Below the pieces are notes generated by a model. The model saw only the letters and a program-made list of their open reading frames with translations. It searched no databases and was not told where the DNA came from. The position numbers were made by a program, and so were the translations under genes. DNA of 63,751 bases, the filler included, from Vannella sp. (taxonomy: Eukaryota): assembly GCA_023345925.1 (NCBI GenBank). It is 7 parts of 7 records of this genome, joined end to end, with 100 filler letters (N's around TTAATTAATTAA, not from the genome) between each part and the next. Parts side by side here need not be neighbours in the genome. Positions count along the whole stretch, not along the records: positions 7,797 to 17,009 come from JAJQQN010000917.1; positions 17,110 to 26,665 come from JAJQQN010000361.1; 5 more parts are not named here. One strand, 5' to 3'. Every line of letters starts with the position of its first letter. The first letter of the stretch is position 1. This document shows, piece by piece, positions 9,826-20,883 of the stretch.

Positions 9826-11589
9826 TCACAAGCGGAAGCGGTAAGACTCTGCTTGAGTGTACATTCTAACCCATCGGTCGGGTTCGTAATCAGATGAGCG
9901 CTCCATGATACGCAAATAGCGAATCTGCATCCCAGAGCACAGAAACATAGAAACTTCAAAGTCTAGGCTGTGAGAGGAATCAGAATTGAAACGCAATTGA
10001 AGAACCCAACGCTTCTCTTACTCCATCGAACCGATCTCCTTGAGGAGGTTTCTATCCTCTGAGAGAGGGCTATTCCAATTGAATTTGACACGAAGAATCT
10101 GCTCTACACCTCCGTACACCTTTTTGAGGTGCCACACAATTCTGTTGTGCTGACGGACAAATGAGGCTTCTTGTTGTTCCTCCTCATCTTCCTCGCCATC
10201 ACTATCGTAGTTGCATAGTGAAAAGGAAACGCTGCACTGAGATAAGTCCAAGCCCCCTTTCAAGGGCAAGAAAGCTTACCTTTCGATTCCTGCTGGGGGA
10301 TTAAAACTGACCACAACGTCTGTTGCGTGGTGTTTTGAGGGGAAAGTGGGATTCAGCTTAACGATGAGATCGGTCATCTTTGTGCCAATCTCCTCCAATT
10401 GAGCAAAGAGTTTAAAGGGAGGGAGAAAGCTGTCGTGCGCACGATAACTCAATACAGTAGTCTCTCCCACGGGCGGCCGAAAGTGCATAGATCTAATCTC
10501 TAATACTCAGGAATAGACTTTTCCGTCATCGGAAGCCCTACCGGTCATTATCAAAGGAATCCTGGTTCACAATCGGATGAAAAGTGATATCGTCCAGTAT
10601 TGGGACATCACAGCGCGGTGTCCCAGTACTCCGACCTCGTACAAAAAGGTCGCTACTAAGTCCTGTTTGAACATCCGGCTCTCCTTGAAGATAGCTCTTG
10701 AGAATAAGCTTTCCCGACAGATCAGCGCGAGTGACTTCTCCCTTCTCACCCTTATGAGGGTCCTCCTGTCACCCAGTATCTCTCACTCACACGTGCGTTG
10801 TAAGAGACGGTCACCTTCTCCACCAAATCAAGGAAAACTTCGTTCTTCTGATGCCTGTCGTCATCCACTGAGATGGCGATTGGCCGCATTGTCGCTTCGC
10901 TGGATCTGGTCTTGGTACGTATCATTCCAGCAAGCTAAAGAGAGCAATTGCTTCAGTGGCACGTCCGTAGGACGGTAAGGGAACAAGATACGCACAACTC
11001 CGCCCTCGTCCCCGCCAGTTGCCACCGCCACGTTGTTGATCAACGGTTTGAGCTGCTCAGAAGAGCAGTCTTGGATGAAGCCAAAGTCCTTATGCAGTCG
11101 TGAGTGTGCGTGGGATGAGAAGAAAGGGGGAAGAGGACGCACGATAACCTCGTCGAGTACTTCATAGACCAACGCAAAGTTGGCTCGCAGAGCGCCTTCA
11201 CTGATCGCACCACAAAAGTCTTTGATGACTCTCGTGAGATTGGACAAGAAGGCGCTCACGACAGATGGAGAGGTAGCCACATCCGTGAGAGTGCAAACAA
11301 AGAAGAGCCCTCCCACCCTCTTTGACACAAAGTGGAGGCCCTCTCTATGCTAACAACACTGAGCCAATGTTGTAAACTATCATCAACTCACCATCACCGG
11401 AGTGTGACCCTCCTCCGTGACCAAACGGAAGAAGATTTCTGGAGTTCGCAGATGGCCCAGCTCATTACGACCTGAGAGACCGTCCCAGTCAGGCCCACTC
11501 CCTCCATAACCTTCCCATTACAGAAGCGTACAATCCTTCAATAGAACAACGTGGCCACTCGCTGACAGGACGAACACCTGCGAGATCAT
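9826..11589 (-). CDS. AP4M1: AP-4 complex mu subunit (multi-exon)
   Basis: MISQVFVLS start, LRANFALVYEVLDEVIDFG, KNEVFLDLVEKVTV, FRPPVGETTVLSYR, PDRWVRMYTQ. Confidence 0.82.
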
Positions 11590-11792
11590 CCACCCAACAA
11601 GAAATGACCCTCCCAGCCCTGCCCTCTTCACCAATCACTAATGGGAGCAGAAGAATGTCAACCTCGGGTGCAAAAGGCAACAGAACCCGCTGACTTGATG
11701 CGAATAGCTTCCTCCCTAGGCCCAGAGGGGCCAGCCGTTGTCTTTGAGACTGATGAGAGCAATGAGAGGTCATTGGATGTTGAGTTGAGCTG

Positions 11793-12270
11793 TTATTGGG
11801 AGCTGGAGTTCGTTCGCTTCAAGACAGACGTCTGAATGTCTTCCATCTGCTCCAGAACAAGCCCTCCTTTGCTCAGGTTCTTGAGAATGCAAATGCGACT
11901 GGAGAGAGTAAGTATGGAGGCTCTTTGGGGGCGCAAGAGGCTCACGTAAACTCCATCTCCTCAGAGAGTCCGTGGATCCGCTTGAGAATCTACTTTCTAG
12001 TCAGTTTCTTGGCGCTGTAAGGTTCACTCTCACATCTTCTGTGCGAGAGATGTTCCCATCTGAGTTACCAAAGTCTCTGGCGGCTTTAAATAACTCCTGA
12101 GCCCTGTTTCAGTTCACTCTCCCTCCCCCAACTTCCCTCCTGCTCACTTCATTGACCTTTGTGCCCTTTCCCAAGCCAGCAACGATCCGCGCGATATCAT
12201 TAACACAGTCAGCTGCTGAGGAGCGGATCTCCGCCTTTGTGGCAGCCGCACGATCAGTCAACTCCGCCAT
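11793..12270 (-). CDS. BORC subunit 7 (diaskedin)-like, multi-exon
   Basis: Hand-spliced DCVNDIARIVAGLGKGTK..ELFKAARDF..NISRTED.LKRI matches the BORCS7 pattern as remembered; about 110 aa. Confidence 0.55.
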
Positions 12271-12659
12271 TGTTGCCCCTAGAACGGATGAAAATGGCTC
12301 ATTTGCATCCGTCAGTACATCAGTATTCTGTTTCTAACGTTCATTCTCGGATTGGGGAGAAAAGGACGCCTCCCCTCCTCTCTTCGCCGATTGGCCGAAC
12401 TCAAACGATGTTTTAGTGACGTTGTCGCGTCACTGGTGATGGAGGAGAGTCACAGCTAAGTAAACAAACGATCGTACAAGAGAATCACTTTGAAAGTCCC
12501 GGTGGGACGACCCGTCGGAGGTGTTGTTTGAACCATTTCGTTCCTTTGTGTTCGCCTGTTCCCTTTAGCAGCGAAGCACGGGTAAAGGAGACTCCCAGAG
12601 AAAGGTGCTTCTGTCGGTTGGAATGGAAAGGAAAAGGATTTATTCTGTCTTGGCTTGGG

Positions 12660-13439
12660 ATGAGCTCCTCTCCTGCCGTGACGGGAGCGGAGATCTCTCC
12701 TTCTCCTGGCCTTAAGGAGAAGTTGGAGATGTCTCTGGAAGATATCATCAAGCAGGAGAATCAACAAAAGCGAAGACGCTCTCGCAGCCCCGCCAGAAGC
12801 TCCCCATACGAGCGCCCAAACGGACGACCTGCAGAAGGGCAGAACCGCCGAGTGTATGTCGGTAACATTGCTTGGACAACCAAGTGGGGAGACCTGAAAG
12901 ACCACATGAAGCAAATTGGCCCTGTGGACTTTGCAGACGTGTTCGTGGGACCTGATGGACGCTCGCGTGGATGTGGCGTTGTGGAATTCACCAATCCAGA
13001 GGATGCTGCACGTGCCATTAAGGAACTGACTGATACCCGCATTGGTGACTCTGATCGCATGATCTTTGTGAGAGAGGACCGCGAGAAGGACAGTTTCAGC
13101 GGGCGAAGAGGAGACTCCCGACGTTCTGGACGGGATGATGACAGAGGAAGTAGCCGAGGAAGCAACCGTGGACGAGAGGCAGATGGATGCAAGGTTGTCG
13201 TGGAGAACCTTTCATTCAAGACAGACTGGAAAGACCTGAAGGACTACTTCCGCTCCAGTGGGAGAGTTGTACAGGCGGATGTCCTCAACGATCGAGATGG
13301 ACGCTCCTCAGGACGCGCTATTGTCTTATTCGAGTCGGCATCCGACGCTCGCAGGGCCATCGAGGAGTGTGATGACCGAGAATTCATGGGTCGCCGCATT
13401 CGCGTAAGAGAGGACCGTCTCCCTTCTGATCGTCGATAA
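12660..13439 (+). CDS. Two-RRM RNA-binding protein (Gbp2/Hrb1/hnRNP M-like)
   Basis: RVYVGNIAWTTKWGDLKDHM, SRGCGVVEF, IFVREDRE; second RRM; N-terminal LEMSLEDII. Confidence 0.85.
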   Translation: MSSSPAVTGAEISPSPGLKEKLEMSLEDIIKQENQQKRRRSRSPARSSPYERPNGRPAEGQNRRVYVGNIAWTTKWGDLKDHMKQIGPVDFADVFVGPDGRSRGCGVVEFTNPEDAARAIKELTDTRIGDSDRMIFVREDREKDSFSGRRGDSRRSGRDDDRGSSRGSNRGREADGCKVVVENLSFKTDWKDLKDYFRSSGRVVQADVLNDRDGRSSGRAIVLFESASDARRAIEECDDREFMGRRIRVREDRLPSDRR

Positions 13440-13515
13440 ATCATTTTCCTTCGTCTATGAAGAACAGGAGAGCCCCCATTCTGTTTATCACAACAGCAGA
13501 AGAAACATCCAGCAT

Positions 13516-14019
13516 TTAGATGACACCAATGGTGTTGGCAACGTCCAAGGCATCGAAGTCGGGGGTGAGCTTGACGAAGGCTTTCTTGGTGCCATCAGGG
13601 CGGATCAGGGTGTTAACCTTGGCGGCCTTGATTTGGTACAGCTTTGCGACAGCGTCCTTGATTTGATACTTGTTGGCGCGGAGGTCAACGATGAAGACGA
13701 GGGTGTTCTGGTCCTCAATCTTCTTCATGGCGCTCTCAGAAGTCAGAGGGTGCTTGATGACGCGGTACTGGTCCATCTTGTTGGTCTTGGCAAGGGACTT
13801 GCGGGGGAACTTGGGAGTTCGGCTCAACTTCAAGGTCTTGGGGCGGAAGAAGTGCACGTTGGTTCGTGTCTTCTTCTGGACCTTGGTGTGGACGCCCTTC
13901 TGGACAGCCTTGGCGGCAATCAAAGCCTTCTTCTTACCAACTACCCAATCCCTAACATCAGAACAGTGTTTCCCGCATCATGAAAGTCTAAACACACCGT
14001 TGGTGGCGGGTTTGGGCAT
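13516..14019 (-). CDS. RPL23A: 60S ribosomal protein uL23 (L23a/L25), 1 intron
   Basis: [46 protein letters not shown]. Confidence 0.97.
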
Positions 14020-14372
14020 GACTCAAGGAGGACGCGCGAGGAAAAAGGAACGAAAAAGCCAGCACGGTGAGGCTCCGAAAATTTTCGCCACCATCAATGA
14101 TAAATGCCAACAATCAGTGCCCGTTCTTATCGTTTGTTCCTTTAATTATTTTAGCCTGAATCCAATTTATCAGAAGTGACCCGGCTCTCCCAAATGTGGG
14201 TCACTTTTCCGAGTTGAGGACAAGCTGCCCTTAACACCTCTGCACCAGGTTATCCGCGAGTGTCTCGAATACGGATAGCAGTCCATTCGGAGCGGATCAG
14301 AGTGACCAAGGTCACCTCACTTCCTGACTTCAAAGGACAATGTTTGTTCATGAAGATATTTATAGGACACAT

Positions 14373-15695
14373 TCAATTGGTAGGTATTGATTTGTTGGGA
14401 TGAATGAAATGTTCACTCCACAGTGATGCGGACTGAAAGTCACAAATATGAGTGTCATCCCAGCTCTGAGGATTTGGTTGGGCAGATTCCTGAGACGAAG
14501 TCGTACTTTTGGAGAATTGAGTGTCAATACTTGTGGTAAATGTTGTGACAAAAGTAAGAGATTCTGACCGTCCTGAGGAGCCAGCTTTTTGAGCACTTGA
14601 GATACTTGAAGATATCATCTCCAGCACTCCGTCCCACCATAATGAAAGACCGTTTGGCCAAGTATCTTCAGTAGAGAGGATGATACGACCTGTACGAGTA
14701 GAAGTAGAACCAAGAGAGTGACTTAATGGACCGCCGTTGAGGGAGAAAATAAGTCCAAAAGACAACAATATCACAAATAAACATGCTCCAACATTCCGAC
14801 CCAAGGGAGATGATGGGGCTTGAATAGAAAAGACACTAGCAAAAAGAGATTCGTCTGCTGTTGAGGGTAAATGCTTGTGAGATTGTGTGCGCTGATAGGC
14901 ACCGACAATCTTCCAGATCTTTTGCTTGAGAGAAGAGTTCTCCTCCCGAAGAGTAGCATTCTCAGCCTTGAGAGTGGCAATCTGTTCTTCTAGATTCTCT
15001 GCTCGTTGTCTCTTCTTCTGACGGGAGCTCTGAGAGTACTCCCGGTTCTTAATCACACGGCGCTGCTTCTTGATGATCTCCCTCTCCTCCACTGTGAGGG
15101 CAAACTTGGAGGATAGTACCTTCTTGTAGTCATCAAAGTCATCGCTGTTCAGATGGAGCAACTCATCGCGTGACAAGAACACTCTTTCTGGAGCGCTGCG
15201 AACTCTCTCCATGATAGAAGCCACAGAACACTCAGAGTCAGGTGTCTGTTCATGCTCATCGCTGGTTGCTTCACTTTTCAGGCTGCACTTGCGCTTCTTG
15301 AGGCACGGTTCCAAGGAAGACGCATAGTAGCCCATGTTGATGTCAGAGCCGATCACCTCGCGGATGATTTGGTCCAAGGACTCATCTGGGGAACTGAGGC
15401 CTGCCAGGGGGTCGATCGAGCGACGCAAAGGCGGATTGGGGGCGAACATGGAGCACTCGTACTCGTTAGAGAACGAGAATGAGGTCGTCGGAGAGGAATG
15501 AGAAGGACTGGAGTCGGTAGACAGTGCGTAAAGAGAGGAAGGAGAGATTGGTGAGCTTGTGTCTGAACTGCTTGGTGACCACGTTTGGTAAAACGTGGTT
15601 GGCAACAGCTCTTGGTTTTGGTTGACTCCGAACAGTGCGCTGAGAAAGGTGTCCTCGCTTGATTTAGACGAGAAGAGACCTTCTGCAATGGTCAT
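14373..15695 (-). CDS. Membrane-tethered bZIP transcription factor (ATF6/CREB3/bZIP28-like)
   Basis: KKQRRVIKNREYSQSSRQKKR plus leucine zipper, then TM GACLFVILLSFGLIFSL, then RIIL. Confidence 0.8.
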   Translation of the reverse strand: MTIAEGLFSSKSSEDTFLSALFGVNQNQELLPTTFYQTWSPSSSDTSSPISPSSLYALSTDSSPSHSSPTTSFSFSNEYECSMFAPNPPLRRSIDPLAGLSSPDESLDQIIREVIGSDINMGYYASSLEPCLKKRKCSLKSEATSDEHEQTPDSECSVASIMERVRSAPERVFLSRDELLHLNSDDFDDYKKVLSSKFALTVEEREIIKKQRRVIKNREYSQSSRQKKRQRAENLEEQIATLKAENATLREENSSLKQKIWKIVGAYQRTQSHKHLPSTADESLFASVFSIQAPSSPLGRNVGACLFVILLSFGLIFSLNGGPLSHSLGSTSTRTGRIILSTEDTWPNGLSLWWDGVLEMISSSISSAQKAGSSGRSESLTFVTTFTTSIDTQFSKSTTSSQESAQPNPQSWDDTHICDFQSASLWSEHFIHPNKSIPTN

Positions 15696-15918
15696 GGTGA
15701 GTAGCTGAAAGGGAATGAGGGAAAGAGGAAGCTGTAAGAACAGAACCAAGATTCTTTCGCTGAACATCTCTTTTGCTGAGCAAGCATTGACGAGCTGAGC
15801 CAGCTTCATTATTACATTATTATTAACCAACAAAACACGCTAAAACAGTCTTCATTTACACCTCGGTCACGTACACATGCGACGATGAATATTATAAATA
15901 CATGTAAACTCAATGGTT

Positions 15919-16444
15919 CTACTCTACTTCTTCAGGTCGGAGAACCTTCGGGCCGTTGTCTATCTTTACAGCAGGCCCAGTGTAGATCTCCTCCTTGAGT
16001 GCCTTCAGGCGATTCTTATGAGGCTTCGTCTTTCGGTGCTCAGTGAGTGAGTGGGAGTCGACGAAGTACCGGGAGCAGGCGATACAGTAGTGTTGTCCAA
16101 GTCCAGGTAGATCAGGATCTTCAGGTTTGTTCTCGAACTTGTGGGCGTTCTCTGGGAGCATGTCGGTCGCAATCTGGTCGATATCTAAGGCAGGGTGAGG
16201 AACGAACAGGAAAGGAAGAAGTTGATCGTGGTGATCAGATACTTGTTGAATTCATCGGCAATGGGAAGCATGAAGCCAAAGGGCGACAAGCAAATTGCTC
16301 TTCGGAAACACAGACCAATAGGTTGCATCATCATATCACCACGATCAACACCAGATTCTTACCTTTTACTCGATGCTTTGTCTTGATCTCCTTTCGTTTG
16401 CCCTTGCTCACATGGTGCCTGGAGCGGGCTTGAGGTCGACCCAT
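15919..16444 (-). CDS. ZNF593: Bud20/ZNF593 60S biogenesis zinc finger (1 long intron)
   Basis: [38 protein letters not shown]. Confidence 0.9.
16221..16349 (-). ncRNA. Intronic box C/D snoRNA, U18/snR18-like
   Basis: 14-bp terminal stem GTTGATCGTGGTGA/TCACCACGATCAAC, box C ATGATGA, box D CTGA; guide ATTGGTCTGTGTTT + D'-like CCGA, complementary to conserved LSU rRNA GAAACACGGACCAA. Confidence 0.85.
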
Positions 16445-16585
16445 GCGGAGGAGAAGAAAAAAAAGTGAACCAAACTTTCGAGAGGCTTTTTGGTATCCCA
16501 GAATCCAAATAATTGATGGTTACATTGAATGTTAGACCATCAGATGATTCAGTTCTGTCCTTTTTGTTTCTTCCCTTGACGCAGG

Positions 16586-17009
16586 ATGGATGATCTGACC
16601 CCTGATCTCCTCATCGCGTACTCGTCTACCCTTCTAGCAGCAACGATCCCGATCTGGATAGGAGCTCGCGTCAGCGCGAAGCAGAAGGCGGTAAGCACGA
16701 ACTAGAGAAGGGTCGGGTCGGTCAAAATCAGCCCGGCAATGACGATAAGTACCTAATTCCGGGGTAGGCAGAGACCATGTCAACTGAGGACGCTTATATG
16801 TTTCCTATCATGGCAAGCTTTGGCTTGTTTGGGCTGTTCCTCGCTTTCATGTGGTTTCCTCGAGAGTACATCAACATGGTCCTGACTGTGTACTTCCTGG
16901 CCTTCGGAGTGGGAGCTCTGGGAAGCACTCTCACTCCCATTTTCAACAAGGTTCTGGGGAAGACTGAAGCAGACCAGACCCACTTTGAGATGAAGGTCCC
17001 TTTCACTTC
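16586..17009 (+). CDS. Signal peptide peptidase (HM13/SPP), 3' truncated by linker
   Basis: ETMSTEDAYMFPIMASFGLFGLFLAF...EYINMVLTVYF. Confidence 0.8.
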
Positions 17010-17109
17010 NNNNNNNNNNNNNNNNNNNNNNNNNNNNNNNNNNNNNNNNNNNNTTAATTAATTAANNNNNNNNNNNNNNNNNNNNNNNNNNNNNNNNNNN
17101 NNNNNNNNN
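17010..17109. other. Artificial contig linker
   Basis: N/TTAATTAATTAA/N. Confidence 0.98.
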
Positions 17110-17175
17110 ATAGCTTAGTGGTAAAGCGCATGCCTAGTAAGCATGAGATCCCGGGTTCGATCCCCGGTGGAACCT
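17110..17175 (+). tRNA. tRNA-Thr(AGT), first ~6 nt lost in linker
   Basis: D arm GCTT-AGTGGTA-AAGC, anticodon arm CATGC-CTAGTAA-GCATG, T arm CCGGG-TTCGATC-CCCGG, then TTTT. Confidence 0.93.
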
Positions 17176-17283
17176 TTTGAGGGCCCTGCGAGCCATCTTT
17201 CAGCTTTTTCGATTTCTTTGATTCTATCGCTTCACACACAAGCAATTGTTGAAACTTGCGGGCATTCCCCGCTTCGAAGGTTG

Positions 17284-18420
17284 ATGAAGGTGCTTTGGCT
17301 GGCTCGAAAGGTTTGGGAACCCTACTTTGAAGCTGTTCTGGGCGGGTCTAGTTGTCAAGTTCAGGAAGTAGCCGAGTTACCGTCCCATCTTTCATACCCT
17401 CCTCGGGGAGCCGTTTGTCGAGCTGATCGCATTCGTTGGAGGCCGGCAACCTTCCGTCTAGAGCGTGATTCGAGGGCTGCGTGGTGTACCTCAGCTGCTT
17501 TTGATCCTTTTGATCTGAAGGATGATCTTGTCTCTGCTCTGGAGGCAGGAGGAGTACAGCATTTGGCTCCTCCCTCCTTCACCATCTCTTGGGACGCAGT
17601 TGAGATTCCTCCAGAAGCATGGAGGGTTCTGCAGCTTCCCGGTGAATCTTCTGACATGAGTGTGATGTTACAATCTCCTCTCGTTCTCAAGCCGGCCATG
17701 GGAAGCGGAGGAAATGGTATCGAGTTCGTCTGTTCTCTCGCTACAGCCCTCCACACCATCCAAGAGCATGCGAAGTCAGCATTAGCAGAGAGAGGGTTCA
17801 TAGAGATGATAAGAGAAAGCTATCGAGGCCGAGTACCCGGTTGGGTGTTGCAACAGCACGTGGATTCCCTCCGCATTCGAGGTGGAAGAAAGTGTCACAT
17901 CCGAGCCTACGTGGTTGTTAGTGCAAATCAACGCATACTCATGTACGAAAAGCTCGAAGTACGTGTAGCTGAGTCCCCTTTGGGACTGGAAGAGAGCCAA
18001 GACTATGAGAATCGGTCCGCGCACATCACAAACGGTGCAGGAGGGGACCGGACAGAGAGGCTCCTGTTAGATCAAGTTCAAGAGCTTCAAGGAATGTACG
18101 AAGAAGTGAAGGACTTTGTTCAACAGCTCTGTCAAAGTCTCGCTCCCCAAATGGCGGAGGCACAGAGAATCTCCCTCGAGACTGATTTTGAGATCCGCGG
18201 TGGATCAGCTGTTGAGATGCTCGCCTTGGCTGGAGTGGATATCATGGTGGACGAATCAAAGCGCCTGTGGCTGTTGGAATTGAACCGGAATCCGGCAGCG
18301 CCTCCACCCGAAGTGGTCAGCACAGAATTCCGTGATCACCTCTTCTCCTTCACGAGAGCTCTTTGCCATCTGGCATTGGACCACCAAGAGGAAGGGTTCT
18401 GTGACATCAGCCCCCCTTAA
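17284..18420 (+). CDS. Tubulin-tyrosine-ligase-like ATP-grasp protein
   Basis: VLKPAMGSGGNGI, WVLQQHV, RKCHIRAYVVV, AHITN, GVDIMVDESKRLWLLELNRNP. Confidence 0.82.
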   Translation: MKVLWLARKVWEPYFEAVLGGSSCQVQEVAELPSHLSYPPRGAVCRADRIRWRPATFRLERDSRAAWCTSAAFDPFDLKDDLVSALEAGGVQHLAPPSFTISWDAVEIPPEAWRVLQLPGESSDMSVMLQSPLVLKPAMGSGGNGIEFVCSLATALHTIQEHAKSALAERGFIEMIRESYRGRVPGWVLQQHVDSLRIRGGRKCHIRAYVVVSANQRILMYEKLEVRVAESPLGLEESQDYENRSAHITNGAGGDRTERLLLDQVQELQGMYEEVKDFVQQLCQSLAPQMAEAQRISLETDFEIRGGSAVEMLALAGVDIMVDESKRLWLLELNRNPAAPPPEVVSTEFRDHLFSFTRALCHLALDHQEEGFCDISPP

Positions 18421-18532
18421 ATAGAATCTAACTCAGAGCACCTGAAATCTGCTTGTCCCCGATCCACATGAAATGCATTGACGAAGGAGGTTTAGTCCGA
18501 TCATACAATTACATGCGAATGGGATCCGCTGA

Positions 18533-19777
18533 TCACTGCTGCACGCATGTTTGACCTTGGGGCTCCTGGTCGTCTTCATCGTAGGCCTGGCGACCTGATC
18601 GGCTTCGGTTCTGGTGTTTGGCTTCGTTGAATTCTTCTAAGATCACTTCTTCGTGCTCCATGGGCACCTCTCCAAGGACAGGTTTGGGGGGGAGGGCAGC
18701 TGATAGCAGCTTGGCTTGTGCGTCACCCAACGTGTTCTTCCCTGGCCAGACAACAGCGAACTTGATAAACAGACTACCGCGTTGGTAGGGGTTGCGGTGC
18801 TGGGGCATTCCCTCATTGTTCACCACGCGGACATCATTCTCCTCCGTTACATCTCCCGGGGCACTCTTGACGACGAGGGTGCGGTCATCTAAGTGCTTCA
18901 CCAGGAACTCGTAACCTGTCAATGCTTCAAGGAGAGTGATGCTCTTCTCTAGAATCAGATCGTCTCCTTGGCGGTGGAATTTGAATGAAGGATCCTCCTT
19001 CTCCTTCAGAACGATCACAATGTCACCTGGACTTATTCCGGGAGCTTGATCTCCTTCACCACTAAAGGTGACGCGTTGTCCTTCTTGCATGCCTCGATCA
19101 ATAGGGACTTCAATAACTTTTGACTCTTGGATAACCTTCTTGCCCTTGCACTGCTTGCATCGGTCTGCAGGGTTGATGATCTCGCCTTTTCGGTTGCATT
19201 CATCACAATCTTGTTGCATTTGGATGATGCTGGGTCCCATTTGCCGTCGAACAAGCTTCACACCTCGGCCAGCGCAACCAGGGCAGGTCTTTGTCGCTCC
19301 TTCTTTGGTGCTTCCTTTGCCATCACAGCCTGAACAGAGCACATCCTTGTTGACTTTCAGCTTCTTTGTGCATCCGTTGTAAAGATCCTTCAAGGTCACA
19401 CCAAGAGCGAAGGAAATGTCATTTCCCTTGCGAGGACCGGCTCTACGGCCTCCACCACCGAAACCTCCTCCAAAGAACTGACTGAAGATGTCCTCGGCGT
19501 TGCCAAAGCCGCCACCACCTCCCTGTTTCAGACCCTCCTCTCCGTACTGATCGTAGATCTGCTTCTTTTCTGGATCAGAGAGGACCTCGTAGGCATGACT
19601 GAGCTCCTTGAAGATCTCTGCCTTCTCTGGATCACCTTGTGTCTTATCAGGGTGGACATCTCGAGCCTTCTTGAAGTAAGCCTTCTTCAACTCTGAGGCG
19701 TTGGCGTTCTTGTCCACACCAAGGACCTCGTAGTACTTGGTGTTATTCACTGGTCCACTGGGCCCACGTCCAAACAT
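18533..19777 (-). CDS. Class A DnaJ/Hsp40 (Ydj1/DNAJA)
   Basis: J-domain HPD, G/F region, four CxxCxGxG-type repeats, CaaX end CVQQ. Confidence 0.96.
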   Translation of the reverse strand: MFGRGPSGPVNNTKYYEVLGVDKNANASELKKAYFKKARDVHPDKTQGDPEKAEIFKELSHAYEVLSDPEKKQIYDQYGEEGLKQGGGGGFGNAEDIFSQFFGGGFGGGGRRAGPRKGNDISFALGVTLKDLYNGCTKKLKVNKDVLCSGCDGKGSTKEGATKTCPGCAGRGVKLVRRQMGPSIIQMQQDCDECNRKGEIINPADRCKQCKGKKVIQESKVIEVPIDRGMQEGQRVTFSGEGDQAPGISPGDIVIVLKEKEDPSFKFHRQGDDLILEKSITLLEALTGYEFLVKHLDDRTLVVKSAPGDVTEENDVRVVNNEGMPQHRNPYQRGSLFIKFAVVWPGKNTLGDAQAKLLSAALPPKPVLGEVPMEHEEVILEEFNEAKHQNRSRSGRQAYDEDDQEPQGQTCVQQ

Positions 19778-19932
19778 CGATGAGGAGAACGAGAAATAGT
19801 TCGCAACAATGACCAAGACAAGGCAAAACCCTCACGAGTTCACGAGTTCTCTTCGAAATTTCCTCCAAATCTCCACCAATTGCGTCTTCGGATGGAAGCA
19901 CGAGGGTGCAAGAGTGAAGAGCGCAATTTTAG

Positions 19933-20771
19933 TTATAATTGCAATTCTTCTTCCTCCTCACTTGAGTCATTTTCCGTCTCATCGGAAATCGGGTCTTTGG
20001 GAGGGTTGGGAGTGGAAGGGCGGAGGGTGACGACAACGCCTTGTTCTTTGGCGAGCTTCCTCTTGTTTTTGGTTTGCTTCAATCTTTCTTTTCTCTCTTT
20101 CTCGCGGGCAAGAACAGAGGGGAAGCACACCTCGAGCATGGACTGTTTGACCTTCAGGAACTGTTTGTCATTTACTGTGGCAACACTCAAGAGCTTAGTA
20201 GAGTCCACAGACACTTTCATTCGAAGCGCTTGGATGTAGAATGCTGCTGCAAGGTAAACTGGCTTCTCAAAATCAAAGTTCTTTCGGCGGCTTTCGTGTA
20301 ATTGAGCCAAAACCTTCTCTTTGTAGTCCAACAAGAGTTTCATTGTCGGTTGTTCCAATCTCAGGCAGCCGAATTGAATACTGAGTTGTCTGGCAGACAA
20401 AGAGGATCTGTGTTGTTCATTAGTGGTGTTCCAGAGTCTTCAAAACAGACTCACTTGAGCCCCAAAGAAGCACGGATGGAAGAAATGGCAATTTGGAAGA
20501 TCTTGTCGGAACTTCCGCTAAGTAGGACTGCGCGATCTCGATTAAACTCTGCTCCAAGCTCAGAGCAAGCAAGCTCGAGACATGCAGCAGCTTTGCAGAT
20601 GTCTGCCTGCACTATGACTGAGAAACACATCCTCTTTCCCTCTTTGTCCGAGCTTACCGTTCCCAGACCCATAGGCCTCTTCACACTACAAAGACGAGAG
20701 AACTCCTCTGCCTTTCGAACAACCTTCCGGTCCTCAATCCCCAAACTGCGACCCAGATGAGCCACTTCCAT
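19933..20771 (-). CDS. ORC6: Origin recognition complex subunit 6 (2 introns)
   Basis: VRKAEEFSRL, ICKAAACLELAC, RQLSIQFGC, FEKPVYLAAAFY. Confidence 0.85.
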
Positions 20772-20797
20772 CACAAAGTGCTCAAACCAACGAACTC

Positions 20798-20807
20798 TTT
20801 TCCCGCC
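20798..20807. promoter_or_regulatory. E2F-type site upstream of ORC6
   Basis: TTTTCCCGCC about 30 nt from the ORC6 ATG. Confidence 0.5.
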
Positions 20808-20883
20808 TTTTTCGCTTCCTCCACTCTTCCTGGCCAGCAATGCTCTTCATGACTTCTTAGGTAATTATTAGTGGGTCATTTGA

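Noticed and set aside
12490..12660. GAAAGTCCC as RNase MRP CR-I; ORF extension from 12528
   Set aside because: No matching CR-V; most simply promoter/5' UTR
14790..14900. IRE1-type unconventional intron in the bZIP mRNA
   Set aside because: One CAGCAG but no twin stem-loops
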